Notes: a model not told the origin generated them from the letters alone. A stretch of DNA of 32,000 bases from Pseudomonas aeruginosa (GCF_001457615.1 NZ_LN831024.1:420001-452000), one strand, 5' to 3'. Counted from the first letter of the stretch, positions 8,953-17,510 are shown. Program-made: numbers and translations.

Positions 8953-10101
8953 ATGGAATTCGAAAAGCTGCTGCGCCTGATGGTGGAAAAGGGCGGCTCC
9001 GACCTGTTCATCACCGCCGGCGTACCGCCGTCGATGAAGGTCAACGGCCGGGTGATGCCGGTGACCAAGACGCCGCTGTCGCCGGAGCAGACCCGCGAGA
9101 CCGTGCTAGGCGTGATGAACGAGCAGCAGCGCCGCGATTTCGCCGAGAACCATGAGTGCAACTTCGCCATCAGCGCCCGCGGCATCGGCCGCTTCCGGGT
9201 CAGTGCCTTCTACCAGCGCAACCTGGTGGGCATGGTATTGCGCCGGATCGAGACCAACATCCCGACCCTGGAAGAGCTGAAGCTCCCGGAAATCCTCAAG
9301 AAGCTGGCGCTGACCAAGCGCGGCCTGGTGATCTTCGTCGGCGCCACCGGCACCGGCAAGTCCACCTCGCTGGCGGCGATGATCGGCTACCGCAACAAGA
9401 ACTCCACCGGGCACATCATCTCCATCGAGGACCCGATCGAGTACATCCACCAGCACCAGGGCTGCATCGTCACCCAGCGCGAGGTGGGGCTGGACACCGA
9501 CTCCTTCGAGGTGGCGCTGAAGAACACCCTGCGCCAGGCGCCGGACGTGATCATGATCGGCGAGGTGCGCTCGCGGGAGACCATGGACCACGCCGTGGCC
9601 TTCGCCGAGACCGGCCACCTGTGCCTGGCGACCCTGCACGCGAACAACGCCAACCAGGCGCTGGAGCGGATCATCCACTTCTTCCCGGCCGACCGTCATG
9701 GCCAGGTGTGGATGGACCTGTCGCTGAACCTCAAGGCCATCGTCGCCCAGCAACTGGTGCCGACCCCCGACGGCAAGGGGCGGCGGGCGGTGATCGAGGT
9801 GCTGCTGAACACCCCGCTGGCCGCCGACCTGATCCGCAAGGGCGAGGTGCACGAGCTGAAGCCGCTGATGAAGCGCTCCACCGAGCAGGGCATGCAGACC
9901 TTCGACCAGGCGCTGTACCAGCTCTACACCCAGGGCGAGATCACCTACGAGGACGCCCTGGCCCACGCCGACTCGGCCAACGACCTGCGTCTGATGATCA
10001 AGCTCGGTTCGGAAAGCGACGCCGACCACCTGTCGAGCCTGACCCAGGGCCTGAGCCTGGAAATCACCGACGACGACCCTGCCGGCCGGCGCTTCCGCTG
10101 A
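8953..10101 (+). CDS. pilU: Type IV pilus ATPase PilU (PilT paralogue), 382 aa
   Basis: MEFEKLLRLMVEKGGSDLFITAG.... Walker A GATGTGKST, Walker B DVIMIGEVRS, His box TGHLCLATLHA. Separated from pilT by 177 nt. The track start (GTG 8938) adds 5 aa; ATG 8953 is preferred. Confidence 0.96.
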   Translation: MEFEKLLRLMVEKGGSDLFITAGVPPSMKVNGRVMPVTKTPLSPEQTRETVLGVMNEQQRRDFAENHECNFAISARGIGRFRVSAFYQRNLVGMVLRRIETNIPTLEELKLPEILKKLALTKRGLVIFVGATGTGKSTSLAAMIGYRNKNSTGHIISIEDPIEYIHQHQGCIVTQREVGLDTDSFEVALKNTLRQAPDVIMIGEVRSRETMDHAVAFAETGHLCLATLHANNANQALERIIHFFPADRHGQVWMDLSLNLKAIVAQQLVPTPDGKGRRAVIEVLLNTPLAADLIRKGEVHELKPLMKRSTEQGMQTFDQALYQLYTQGEITYEDALAHADSANDLRLMIKLGSESDADHLSSLTQGLSLEITDDDPAGRRFR

Positions 10102-10108
10102 ACCGTCT

Positions 10109-11008
10109 TCAGTAGGCCAGCGGCTCCTCGGCCTGGGCGCAGGCCGAGGTTTCCAGTTGCAGGGTGCTGTGTTCGATCTCGTAGCGGTCGTGCAGCAGCG
10201 CCTTCACCGTTCCCAGCAGCGCCTCGGCATCGACCAGGGCCGGGTCGTACACCAGATGGCTGGTCAGGCTGATCTTGCCGCTGGTGATCGACCACACATG
10301 CAGGTCGTGCAGCCCGGTCACGCCGGGAATCCCCAGCAGCGCTTCGCGCAGCTCGGCCAACTGGATTTCCTTCGGCACCCCTTCGAGCAACACATGCAGG
10401 CTCTCGCGCAGCAGGATCCAGGTGCGCGGCAGGACCCAGAAACCGATCAGCACCGCCACCAGCGAGTCGACCCAGGCCCAGCCGGTGAAACGGATCACGA
10501 TCGCGGCGACGATCACCCCCAGCGAGCCGAGCATGTCGCTCCAGACCTCCAGGTAGGCGCCCTTGACGTTCAGGCTGTTGCCCTGGGCCGGCGCCAGCAG
10601 GCGCATGCTGGCCAGGTTCACCAGCAGGCCGAGCACGGCGATCACCAGCATGCCCACGGACTGGATCTCCGCCGGCTGGTTGAGCCGCTCGTAGGCCGCG
10701 TAGAGGATATAGAAGGCCACGCCGAACAGGAGGAAGGCGTTGAACGCCGCGGCGAGGATCTCGAAGCGGTGGTAGCCGTAGGTCAGGCGATCGTTGGTCG
10801 GGCGCCTGGCGATGTTGATCGCGGCCAGGGCGATGGCCAGGGCCACGGCGTCGGTGAGCATGTGCGCGGCATCGGAGATCAGCGCCAGGCTGCCGGTGAG
10901 GATGCCGCCGACGACCTCGGCGACGAGGAAGCTTCCGGTCAGCAGCAACGCCCATTTCAGGCGGGTCGAGTTGGTCTGGGCGAAGCTGTGCTCGTGTCCG
11001 GCGCTCAT
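10109..11008 (-). CDS. czcD: Cation diffusion facilitator (CDF) family divalent-metal efflux transporter, 299 aa
   Basis: Internal ATG 11008 (AGGAG RBS 6 nt upstream) gives MSAGHEHSFAQTNSTRLKWALLLTGSFLVAEV.... Six TM helices, a TM2 metal-site motif SDAAHMLTD, and a C-terminal alpha/beta cytoplasmic domain (LHDLHVWSITSGKISLTSHLV). The symbol follows my recollection of the P. aeruginosa literature. Substrate is not readable from sequence. Confidence 0.88.
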   Translation of the reverse strand: MSAGHEHSFAQTNSTRLKWALLLTGSFLVAEVVGGILTGSLALISDAAHMLTDAVALAIALAAINIARRPTNDRLTYGYHRFEILAAAFNAFLLFGVAFYILYAAYERLNQPAEIQSVGMLVIAVLGLLVNLASMRLLAPAQGNSLNVKGAYLEVWSDMLGSLGVIVAAIVIRFTGWAWVDSLVAVLIGFWVLPRTWILLRESLHVLLEGVPKEIQLAELREALLGIPGVTGLHDLHVWSITSGKISLTSHLVYDPALVDAEALLGTVKALLHDRYEIEHSTLQLETSACAQAEEPLAY

Positions 11009-11162
11009 GGCGGCTCCTGTGGGGCGGTGGCGGCAGCACCAGCCTACAGGATAGGCAATTGCAAAACTGTCATGCGCCGGGCCGCTCTGGCGCGGCGTCC
11101 GCCGCTCCGCTAACCTGCGGCTCAAGCGCGGCCGCAGCCGCGCACGGAACGAGGGGGGACGC

Positions 11163-11567
11163 ATGACTCAACAGCACGACACCCATAGCAAGGCCATCGG
11201 CTACCTGCTGTGGATCTTCGGTTTCACCGGTTCGCACCGCTTCTATTACGGCAAGCCGATCACCGGGACGATCTGGTTCTTCACCTTCGGCCTGTTCTTC
11301 ATCGGCTGGATCATCGACCTGTTCCTCATCCCGTCGATGGACCGCGAGGCCGACCGGCGCTTCCAAGGCGGCAACCTGGACTACAACGTGGCCTGGATCC
11401 TGCTGACCTTCCTCGGCGTGCTCGGCGTGCACAGGATGTACATGGGCAAGTGGATCACCGGGATCATCTACCTGTTCACCGGCGGCCTGTTCTTCCTCGG
11501 CGTGCTCTACGACTTCTGGACCCTCAACGGACAGGTGTCCGAGCGCAACGGGCCGCAGCGCATCTGA
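11163..11567 (+). CDS. TM2 domain-containing membrane protein (tandem TM2 repeats), 134 aa
   Basis: Two copies of the TM2 pattern G..G.HR(F/M)Y.GK.ITG.I...T.G....G...D...: FGFTGSHRFYYGKPITGTIWFFTFGLFFIGWIIDLFLI and LGVLGVHRMYMGKWITGIIYLFTGGLFFLGVLYDFWTL. GAGGGGGG RBS upstream and a terminator downstream. Confidence 0.85.
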   Translation: MTQQHDTHSKAIGYLLWIFGFTGSHRFYYGKPITGTIWFFTFGLFFIGWIIDLFLIPSMDREADRRFQGGNLDYNVAWILLTFLGVLGVHRMYMGKWITGIIYLFTGGLFFLGVLYDFWTLNGQVSERNGPQRI

Positions 11568-11587
11568 GGCTCGTCGCCAGGTGCGAG

Positions 11588-11612
11588 AAGCCCGCCATCC
11601 GGCGGGCTTTTT
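11588..11612 (+). terminator. Rho-independent terminator after the TM2-domain gene
   Basis: AAGCCCGCC-ATCC-GGCGGGCTT hairpin (9-bp GC-rich stem, 4-nt loop) running into TTTTT. It lies 21 nt after the stop codon. Confidence 0.8.
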
Positions 11613-11809
11613 CATGGGTGGCGCCACGGTCGGCAGGGAATTCCTCCGGCGGGACTTAAGGAACCAAAGGTTCTAACGTTCTACCTGTAGGTTATTGGCG
11701 CCCGCGCGCGCCAGCCCCTATGGTCTGCAAGCCCCAGAACGGATAGGTGCAATGGCTCACGAGGCCGCGCACCGTATCGCTCCGTGCGGAAACACCGAAA
11801 GGAGAAAAG

Positions 11810-13183
11810 ATGACTTCCGACTCACGTCCCGCCGTGCTCGACCTGATCGGCAACACCCCGCTGGTTCGCGTGACGCGCTTCGATACCGGCCCCTGCACCC
11901 TGTACCTCAAGCTCGAATCGCAGAACCCCGGCGGCTCCATCAAGGATCGCATCGGTGTCGCCATGATCGAGGCCGCCGAGCGTGACGGCCGCCTGCGGCC
12001 CGGTGGCACCATCGTCGAGGCCACCGCCGGCAACACCGGTCTCGGCCTGGCCCTGGTCGGCCGCGCGAAGGGCTACCGGGTGGTGCTGGTGGTGCCGGAC
12101 AAGATGTCCACCGAGAAGGTCCTGCACCTGCGCGCCATGGGCGCCGAGGTGCACATCACCCGCTCGGACGTCGGCAAGGGCCATCCGGAGTACTACCAGG
12201 ACGTTGCCGCGCGCCTGGCGCAAGACATTCCCGGCGCTTTCTTCGCCGACCAGTTCAACAACCCGGCCAACCCGCTGGCCCACGAGTGCGGCACCGGCCC
12301 GGAGCTCTGGGCGCAGACCGGCCACGATCTCGACGCCATCGTCGTCGGCGTCGGCTCCTCCGGTACCCTGACCGGCCTTACCCGGTTCTTCCAGAAGGTC
12401 CAGCCGGAGCTGGAGATGGTGCTCGCCGACCCCGAGGGCTCGATCATGGCCGAGTACTCCCGCTCCGGCACCCTGGGTACGCCGGGTTCCTGGGCGGTGG
12501 AGGGCATCGGCGAGGACTTCGTACCGGCCATCGCCGACCTCTCCAGCGTGCGCCATGCCTATTCCATCAGCGACGAGGAAAGCTTCGCCATGGCCCGCGA
12601 ACTGTTGCGCGTCGAGGGCATTCCCGGCGGCTCCTCCACCGGCACCCTGCTGGCCGCGGCGCTGCGCTTCTGCCGCGAGCAGAAGGAGCCGAAGCGGGTG
12701 GTCAGCTTCGTCTGCGACACCGGCACCCGCTACCTGTCGAAGATCTACAACGACCAGTGGATGACCGACCAGGGCCTGCTGCAACGCAAGCACTACGGCG
12801 ACCTGCGCGACATCATCGCGCGGCGCTTCGAGGAGGGCCGGGTGATCAGCGTCGGTCCGGACGACACCCTGCTCACCGCCTTCCAGCGCATGCGCCTGGC
12901 CGACGTTTCGCAATTGCCGGTGCTGGACGATGGAAAACTGGTCGGTGTGATCGACGAGTCGGATATCCTGCTCGGCGTCCACGCCGACGCGCCACGCTTC
13001 CGCGATGCGGTAAGCAGCGCGATGAACGCCGCGCCGGAAACCCTCGCGCCCGGCGCCAGCCTGGCCCAGTTGCAGGCGGTCCTGGACCGCGGCCTGGTGG
13101 CGATCGTTGCCGATGCCAGCGGCTTCCACGGCCTGATCACCCGTTTCGACCTGTTGAACCATTTGCGGAGAAAGCTCACATGA
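11810..13183 (+). CDS. Cystathionine beta-synthase (PLP fold-type II catalytic domain + C-terminal CBS-pair), 457 aa
   Basis: ATG 11810 is preceded by AAAGGAGAAAAG. PLP-lysine motif NPGGSIKDRIG and GNTG loop EATAGNTGLGLA. The C-terminus has two CBS motifs (ISVGPDDTLLTAFQRMRLADVSQLPVLDDGKLVGVIDESDIL ...). The track start at 11747 adds 21 aa without an RBS. Confidence 0.92.
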   Translation: MTSDSRPAVLDLIGNTPLVRVTRFDTGPCTLYLKLESQNPGGSIKDRIGVAMIEAAERDGRLRPGGTIVEATAGNTGLGLALVGRAKGYRVVLVVPDKMSTEKVLHLRAMGAEVHITRSDVGKGHPEYYQDVAARLAQDIPGAFFADQFNNPANPLAHECGTGPELWAQTGHDLDAIVVGVGSSGTLTGLTRFFQKVQPELEMVLADPEGSIMAEYSRSGTLGTPGSWAVEGIGEDFVPAIADLSSVRHAYSISDEESFAMARELLRVEGIPGGSSTGTLLAAALRFCREQKEPKRVVSFVCDTGTRYLSKIYNDQWMTDQGLLQRKHYGDLRDIIARRFEEGRVISVGPDDTLLTAFQRMRLADVSQLPVLDDGKLVGVIDESDILLGVHADAPRFRDAVSSAMNAAPETLAPGASLAQLQAVLDRGLVAIVADASGFHGLITRFDLLNHLRRKLT

Positions 13184-14364
13184 GCCAGCACGACCAGCAT
13201 CCCGACGCCCCGGCCCAGGCCTTCGCGACCCGGGTCATCCACGCCGGGCAGGCCCCCGATCCCTCGACCGGCGCGATCATGCCGCCGATCTATGCCAACT
13301 CCACCTATATCCAGGAAAGCCCCGGGGTACACAAGGGGCTCGACTACGGCCGCTCGCACAACCCGACCCGCTGGGCCCTGGAGCGCTGCGTGGCCGACCT
13401 CGAGGGCGGCAACCAGGCCTTCGCCTTCGCCTCCGGCCTGGCGGCGATCTCCTCGGTGCTGGAGCTGCTCGACGCCGGTTCCCACATCGTTTCCGGCAAT
13501 GACCTCTACGGCGGTACCTTCCGCCTGTTCGAGCGGGTCCGCCGGCGCAGCGCCGGGCATCGCTTCAGCTTCGTCGACCCGACCGACCTGCAGGCCTTCG
13601 AGGCCGCGCTGACCCCGGAAACCCGCATGGTCTGGGTGGAAACCCCGAGCAACCCGCTGCTGCGCCTCACCGACCTGCGCGCCATCGCCCAGCTCTGCCG
13701 CGCCCGCGGCATCATCAGCGTGGCCGACAACACCTTCGCCAGCCCCTACATCCAGCGCCCCCTGGAACTGGGCTTCGACGTGGTGGTGCACTCCACCACC
13801 AAGTACCTGAACGGCCATTCCGACGTGATCGGCGGCATCGCCATCGTCGGCGACAACCCGGACCTGCGCGAGCGCCTGGGCTTCCTGCAGAACTCGGTGG
13901 GCGCCATCTCCGGGCCGTTCGACGCCTTCCTCACCCTGCGTGGGGTGAAGACCCTGGCGCTGCGCATGGAGCGCCATTGCAGCAACGCCCTGGCCCTGGC
14001 CCAGTGGCTGGAGCGCCAGCCGCAGGTGGCGCGGGTCTACTACCCCGGCCTGGCTTCGCACCCGCAGCATGAGCTGGCGAAACGGCAGATGCGTGGCTTC
14101 GGCGGGATGATCTCCCTCGACCTGCGCTGCGACCTGGCCGGCGCCCGGCGCTTCCTGGAGAACGTGCGGATCTTCTCCCTGGCGGAGAGCCTGGGCGGGG
14201 TGGAAAGCCTGATCGAGCATCCGGCGATCATGACCCACGCCAGCATCCCGGCGGAAACCCGCGCCGACCTGGGCATCGGTGACTCGCTGATCCGCCTGTC
14301 GGTGGGCGTCGAGGCGCTGGAGGACCTGCAGGCCGACCTGGCGCAGGCACTGGCGAAGATCTGA
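13180..14364 (+). CDS. Cystathionine gamma-lyase / Cys-Met metabolism PLP enzyme, 394 aa
   Basis: MSQHDQHPDAPAQAFATRVIHAGQ.... PLP-lysine signature HSTTKYLNGHSDVIGG and C-terminal LIRLSVGVEALEDL. ATGA overlap with the CBS stop (13180..13183) indicates a coupled reverse-transsulfuration pair. Confidence 0.92.
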   Translation: MSQHDQHPDAPAQAFATRVIHAGQAPDPSTGAIMPPIYANSTYIQESPGVHKGLDYGRSHNPTRWALERCVADLEGGNQAFAFASGLAAISSVLELLDAGSHIVSGNDLYGGTFRLFERVRRRSAGHRFSFVDPTDLQAFEAALTPETRMVWVETPSNPLLRLTDLRAIAQLCRARGIISVADNTFASPYIQRPLELGFDVVVHSTTKYLNGHSDVIGGIAIVGDNPDLRERLGFLQNSVGAISGPFDAFLTLRGVKTLALRMERHCSNALALAQWLERQPQVARVYYPGLASHPQHELAKRQMRGFGGMISLDLRCDLAGARRFLENVRIFSLAESLGGVESLIEHPAIMTHASIPAETRADLGIGDSLIRLSVGVEALEDLQADLAQALAKI

Positions 14365-14548
14365 GGCTCCGCAGGGAGCGGCGCCGACCGGCGCGGCTGC
14401 CGGCCATCGGGTGTTCCCGGCGAGCATGCCTCGGCGGATAACGCTCCGCGTTATTCGCCCTGCCGTTGAGGCGGGTTGGTGGCAGAGGTTGGGATAGGGC
14501 GCCCACCCCGGCAACGGATACGCCCCCGGAATCGCGAACGCGAAGATG

Positions 14549-14576
14549 AAAAAGCCCGCCGGATGGCGGGCTTTTT
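14549..14576. terminator. Bidirectional Rho-independent terminator between convergent cystathionine gamma-lyase and pyrC' genes
   Basis: AAAAAGCCCGCC-GGAT-GGCGGGCTTTTT: a perfect hairpin with an A-tract on one side and a T-tract on the other. It can therefore terminate transcripts from both strands. It lies 15 nt beyond the pyrC' stop. Confidence 0.8.
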
Positions 14577-14590
14577 CGTGGTGGCAGGGA

Positions 14591-15862
14591 TCAACCCTCG
14601 TGGGTCAGGTGTCCGTCCACCAGGGTGTAACGCACTCGTCCCGGCAGGCAGTGACCGACGAACGGGCTGTTCTGCCCCTTCGAGTACCAGCTCTCACCGG
14701 CCAGGGTCGAACCCTGCGGGTCGAACAGCACCAGGTCGGCGGCCTGGCCGACCGCCAGGCGCCCGGCAGGCAGGCGTAGTGCCTGGGCCGGGCCGTGGGA
14801 GAGGCGGGCGAGCAGGGTCGGCAGGTCGAGCAGGCCGTCCTGCACCAGCGTCATCGCCAGCGGCAGCAGCAGCTCGGCGCCGCTGATGCCCGGCTCGGTG
14901 GCGGCGAACGGCGCGTTCTTGGCGTCCGCCTCGTGGGGTTGGTGGTGGCTGGCGATGGCTTGTACCACGCCGTTCTTCACCGCCTCGCGCAGGGCTTCGC
15001 GGTCGGCCCTGGTGCGCAGCGGCGGTTGCACGTGGTAGAGGCTGGAGAAGCCCACCAGCGCTTCGTCGGTGAGGATCAACTGGTACAGCGCCACGTCGCA
15101 GGTCACCGGCAGGCCACGGGCCTGGGCCTGGGCGACGAGTTCGATGCCGCGGGCGCTGGTCAACTGGCTGAAGTGCGCGCGCACGCCGCTCTGTTCCACC
15201 AGCAGCAGGTTGCGGGCCAGGGCCACGGTCTCGGCGGTTTCCGGGATCCCCGCGAGGCCGAGAAAGCTGGCGGTCGGGCCTTCGTGGGCGAGGCCGCCTT
15301 CGGCGAGATCGGTGTCCTGCGAGGTGAAGATCACCGTCAGGTCGAAGGTCGCCGCGTACTCCAGGGCGCGCCGCAGGATGCGGTTGCTGGCGAAGCCATG
15401 CAGGCCATTGGTGAAGGCCACGCAACCGGTGTCGCGCAGGGCCACCAGTTCCGACAGTTGCTCGCCGCCGAAGCCGCGGGTCAGCGCGCCGATGGGGTAG
15501 ACCTTGGCGTTGCCGGCCTCGCGGGCGCGGTCGAGGATCAGCTCGGCCACCGCCGGGGTGTCCAGCACCGGCCGGGTGTAGGGCGGGCAGCACAGGCTGG
15601 TGGTGCCGCCGGCCGCGGCGGCGCGGGTCTCGCTTTCGACGTTGCCCTTGCGTCCGTAGCCCGGCTCGCGCAGGGCGACGCTGAGGTCGACCAGTCCCGG
15701 CGCGGCCACCAGGCCGGCGCCGTCGAGGGTCTTCTGGGCGCTGAAGCCGGCCGGCGCGGCGCCGATGGCGACGATCTTGCCAGCCTCGATATGGAGGTCG
15801 CCGACCTGGTCCAGGCCACTGGCCGGGTCGATGACGCGGGCGCCTCGGATACTGATGGTCAT
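14591..15862 (-). CDS. pyrC': Dihydroorotase-like, non-catalytic ATCase structural subunit (PyrC'), 423 aa
   Basis: Internal ATG 15862 of the 14591..16276 track ORF ([16 protein letters not shown]...). Amidohydrolase/DHOase fold throughout, but the N-terminal metal-binding DxHxH motif reads DLSVAL ([12 protein letters not shown]). ATGA overlap with the pyrB stop (15859..15862). Confidence 0.93.
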   Translation of the reverse strand: MTISIRGARVIDPASGLDQVGDLHIEAGKIVAIGAAPAGFSAQKTLDGAGLVAAPGLVDLSVALREPGYGRKGNVESETRAAAAGGTTSLCCPPYTRPVLDTPAVAELILDRAREAGNAKVYPIGALTRGFGGEQLSELVALRDTGCVAFTNGLHGFASNRILRRALEYAATFDLTVIFTSQDTDLAEGGLAHEGPTASFLGLAGIPETAETVALARNLLLVEQSGVRAHFSQLTSARGIELVAQAQARGLPVTCDVALYQLILTDEALVGFSSLYHVQPPLRTRADREALREAVKNGVVQAIASHHQPHEADAKNAPFAATEPGISGAELLLPLAMTLVQDGLLDLPTLLARLSHGPAQALRLPAGRLAVGQAADLVLFDPQGSTLAGESWYSKGQNSPFVGHCLPGRVRYTLVDGHLTHEG

Positions 15863-16863
15863 TCGGCGTCCTCCTGTTCCAGCTGGCGTTGGGTGTTCTG
15901 GCCGCTCATGGCCATGGACAGCACCGCCATGCGGATGGCGATGCCGTAGGTGACCTGGTTGAGGATCACCGACTGGGCCCCGTCGGCCACCGCCGACTCG
16001 ATCTCCACGCCACGGTTGATCGGGCCAGGGTGCATGACGATGGCATCCGGCTTGGCCAGCTTCAGGCGCTTCTCGGTCAGGCCGTAGAGCTTGAAGAACT
16101 CGCCCTCGCTGGGTAGCAGGCCACCCTGCATCCGCTCGCGTTGCAGGCGCAGCATGATCACCACGTCGACGTCCTTCAGGCCTTCGTCGGCGTTGGTGAA
16201 CACGCGCACGCCGTACTGCTCTTCCAGGCCGATCGGCAAGAGGGTGCGCGGGGCGATCACGCGGATGTCCGGGCAACCCAGGGTCTTGAGCGCCAGCATG
16301 TTCGAACGGGCTACTCGCGAATGCAGGATATCGCCGACGATCGCCACCGATAGCTGCTCGAAGTTCCCTTTGTGCCGGCGGATGGTCAGCATGTCGAGCA
16401 TCCCCTGGGTGGGGTGCGCGTGGCGTCCGTCGCCGCCGTTGATCACCGCCACGTTGGGGCTGACGTGCTCGGCGATGAAGTGCGCCGCGCCCGAGTCGCT
16501 GTGGCGCACCACGAACATGTCGGCGGCCATCGCCTCCAGGTTGCGCAGGGTGTCGGTGAGCGTCTCGCCCTTGCTGGTGGAAGAGGTGGATACGTTCAGG
16601 CTGATCACGTCGGCCGACAGCCGCTGGGCGGCCAGCTCGAAGGTGGTGCGGGTGCGCGTGGAGTTCTCGAAGAACACGTTGCAGACGGTCTTGCCGCGCA
16701 GCAGCGGGACCTTTTTCACCGCGCGGGCGCCTACCTCCAGGAAGGAATCGGCGGTATCGAGGATTTCGGTGAGCAGCTCGCGGGGCAATCCGTCGAGCGA
16801 GATGAAGTGGCGCAGCTGGCCCTGGTCGTTGAGCTGCAGCGGGCGCTTGGCGTCTGTCGGCAT
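15859..16863 (-). CDS. pyrB: Aspartate carbamoyltransferase catalytic chain, 334 aa
   Basis: Carbamoyl-phosphate site [16 protein letters not shown] motif ([11 protein letters not shown]) and HPGPINRG near the C-terminus. Sits in the pyrR-pyrB-pyrC' order. Confidence 0.96.
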   Translation of the reverse strand: MPTDAKRPLQLNDQGQLRHFISLDGLPRELLTEILDTADSFLEVGARAVKKVPLLRGKTVCNVFFENSTRTRTTFELAAQRLSADVISLNVSTSSTSKGETLTDTLRNLEAMAADMFVVRHSDSGAAHFIAEHVSPNVAVINGGDGRHAHPTQGMLDMLTIRRHKGNFEQLSVAIVGDILHSRVARSNMLALKTLGCPDIRVIAPRTLLPIGLEEQYGVRVFTNADEGLKDVDVVIMLRLQRERMQGGLLPSEGEFFKLYGLTEKRLKLAKPDAIVMHPGPINRGVEIESAVADGAQSVILNQVTYGIAIRMAVLSMAMSGQNTQRQLEQEDAE

Positions 16864-16886
16864 GGGGCAGGCCCTAGTGAAGAGGA

Positions 16887-17399
16887 TCAGGAAGCGGAGG
16901 AAAGGACCTTGCGCTCGAGGGCGAGCGGTGCGGGACCGACCAATTTTACCCGTTCATCGCGACCCAGGGACAGGGTCTGGCCGACCACGTCGGGGCGGAT
17001 AGGCAACTCCCGGGCGTTCAGGTCGAGCAGGCAGACCAGGGTCACGCTGGCCGGACGGCCGTAGTCGAACAGTTCGTTGAGTGCGGCGCGGATGGTACGG
17101 CCGCTCATCAGCACGTCGTCCACCAGGACCAGGTGCTGGCCGTCGATCTCGAACGGCAGCGCCGACGGGCGGACCTGCGGATGCAGGCCGTTCTGGGTGA
17201 AGTCGTCGCGGTAGAAGGAGACGTCGAGGGTGCCCAGCGGCTCTTGGTTGCCCAGTTCCCTCAGCAGCGCCTCGGCGACCCAGATGCCGCCGGTATGGAT
17301 GCCGACGAAGCGCGGCCGCTCGATGCCGCGCTCGGCGAGATGGGCGCGCAGGTCGCTGGCCATGCGCGGCAGGAGTTCGGCGGGATTGGGTAGGCTCAT
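16887..17399 (-). CDS. pyrR: PyrR bifunctional pyrimidine regulatory protein / uracil phosphoribosyltransferase family, 170 aa
   Basis: Internal ATG 17399 (GAGGAG RBS upstream) gives [21 protein letters not shown].... PRPP-binding motif [18 protein letters not shown]. The track start at 17507 adds 36 aa of low-complexity sequence. Confidence 0.92.
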
Positions 17400-17510
17400 G
17401 GTGGCTCCTCGCTGACATCGATGGGATGGCCGCCGGGAGAGCCCGCTGTAGGGAGGCGCCCGCGGTGGCGAAAGCATAATGGCAAACGGCGGCGTGCCGG
17501 CTGCCATGGG

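Noticed and set aside
11822-14514. 446-aa and 573-aa minus-strand ORFs, and the 692-aa plus-strand ORF starting at 12286
   Set aside because: They are antisense or frame-shifted relative to the CBS and CGL genes. The 692-aa ORF only becomes meaningful from MSQHDQH (13180), and its upstream part is Arg/Pro junk overlapping CBS.
11586-14578. Possibility that the inverted 26-nt repeats mark a mobile cassette carrying CBS-CGL
   Set aside because: There is no transposase or integrase, no target-site duplication and no compositional shift. Both repeats are functional-looking terminators, which explains them adequately.
16864-17510. Search for a PyrR-binding attenuator (terminator/antiterminator with a PyrR loop) upstream of pyrR or between pyrR and pyrB
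   Set aside because: The pyrR-pyrB gap is only 23 nt. The 111-nt region upstream of pyrR shows only a short CGGG-CTCT-CCCG hairpin with no U-tract, and nothing resembles the Bacillus-type binding loop.
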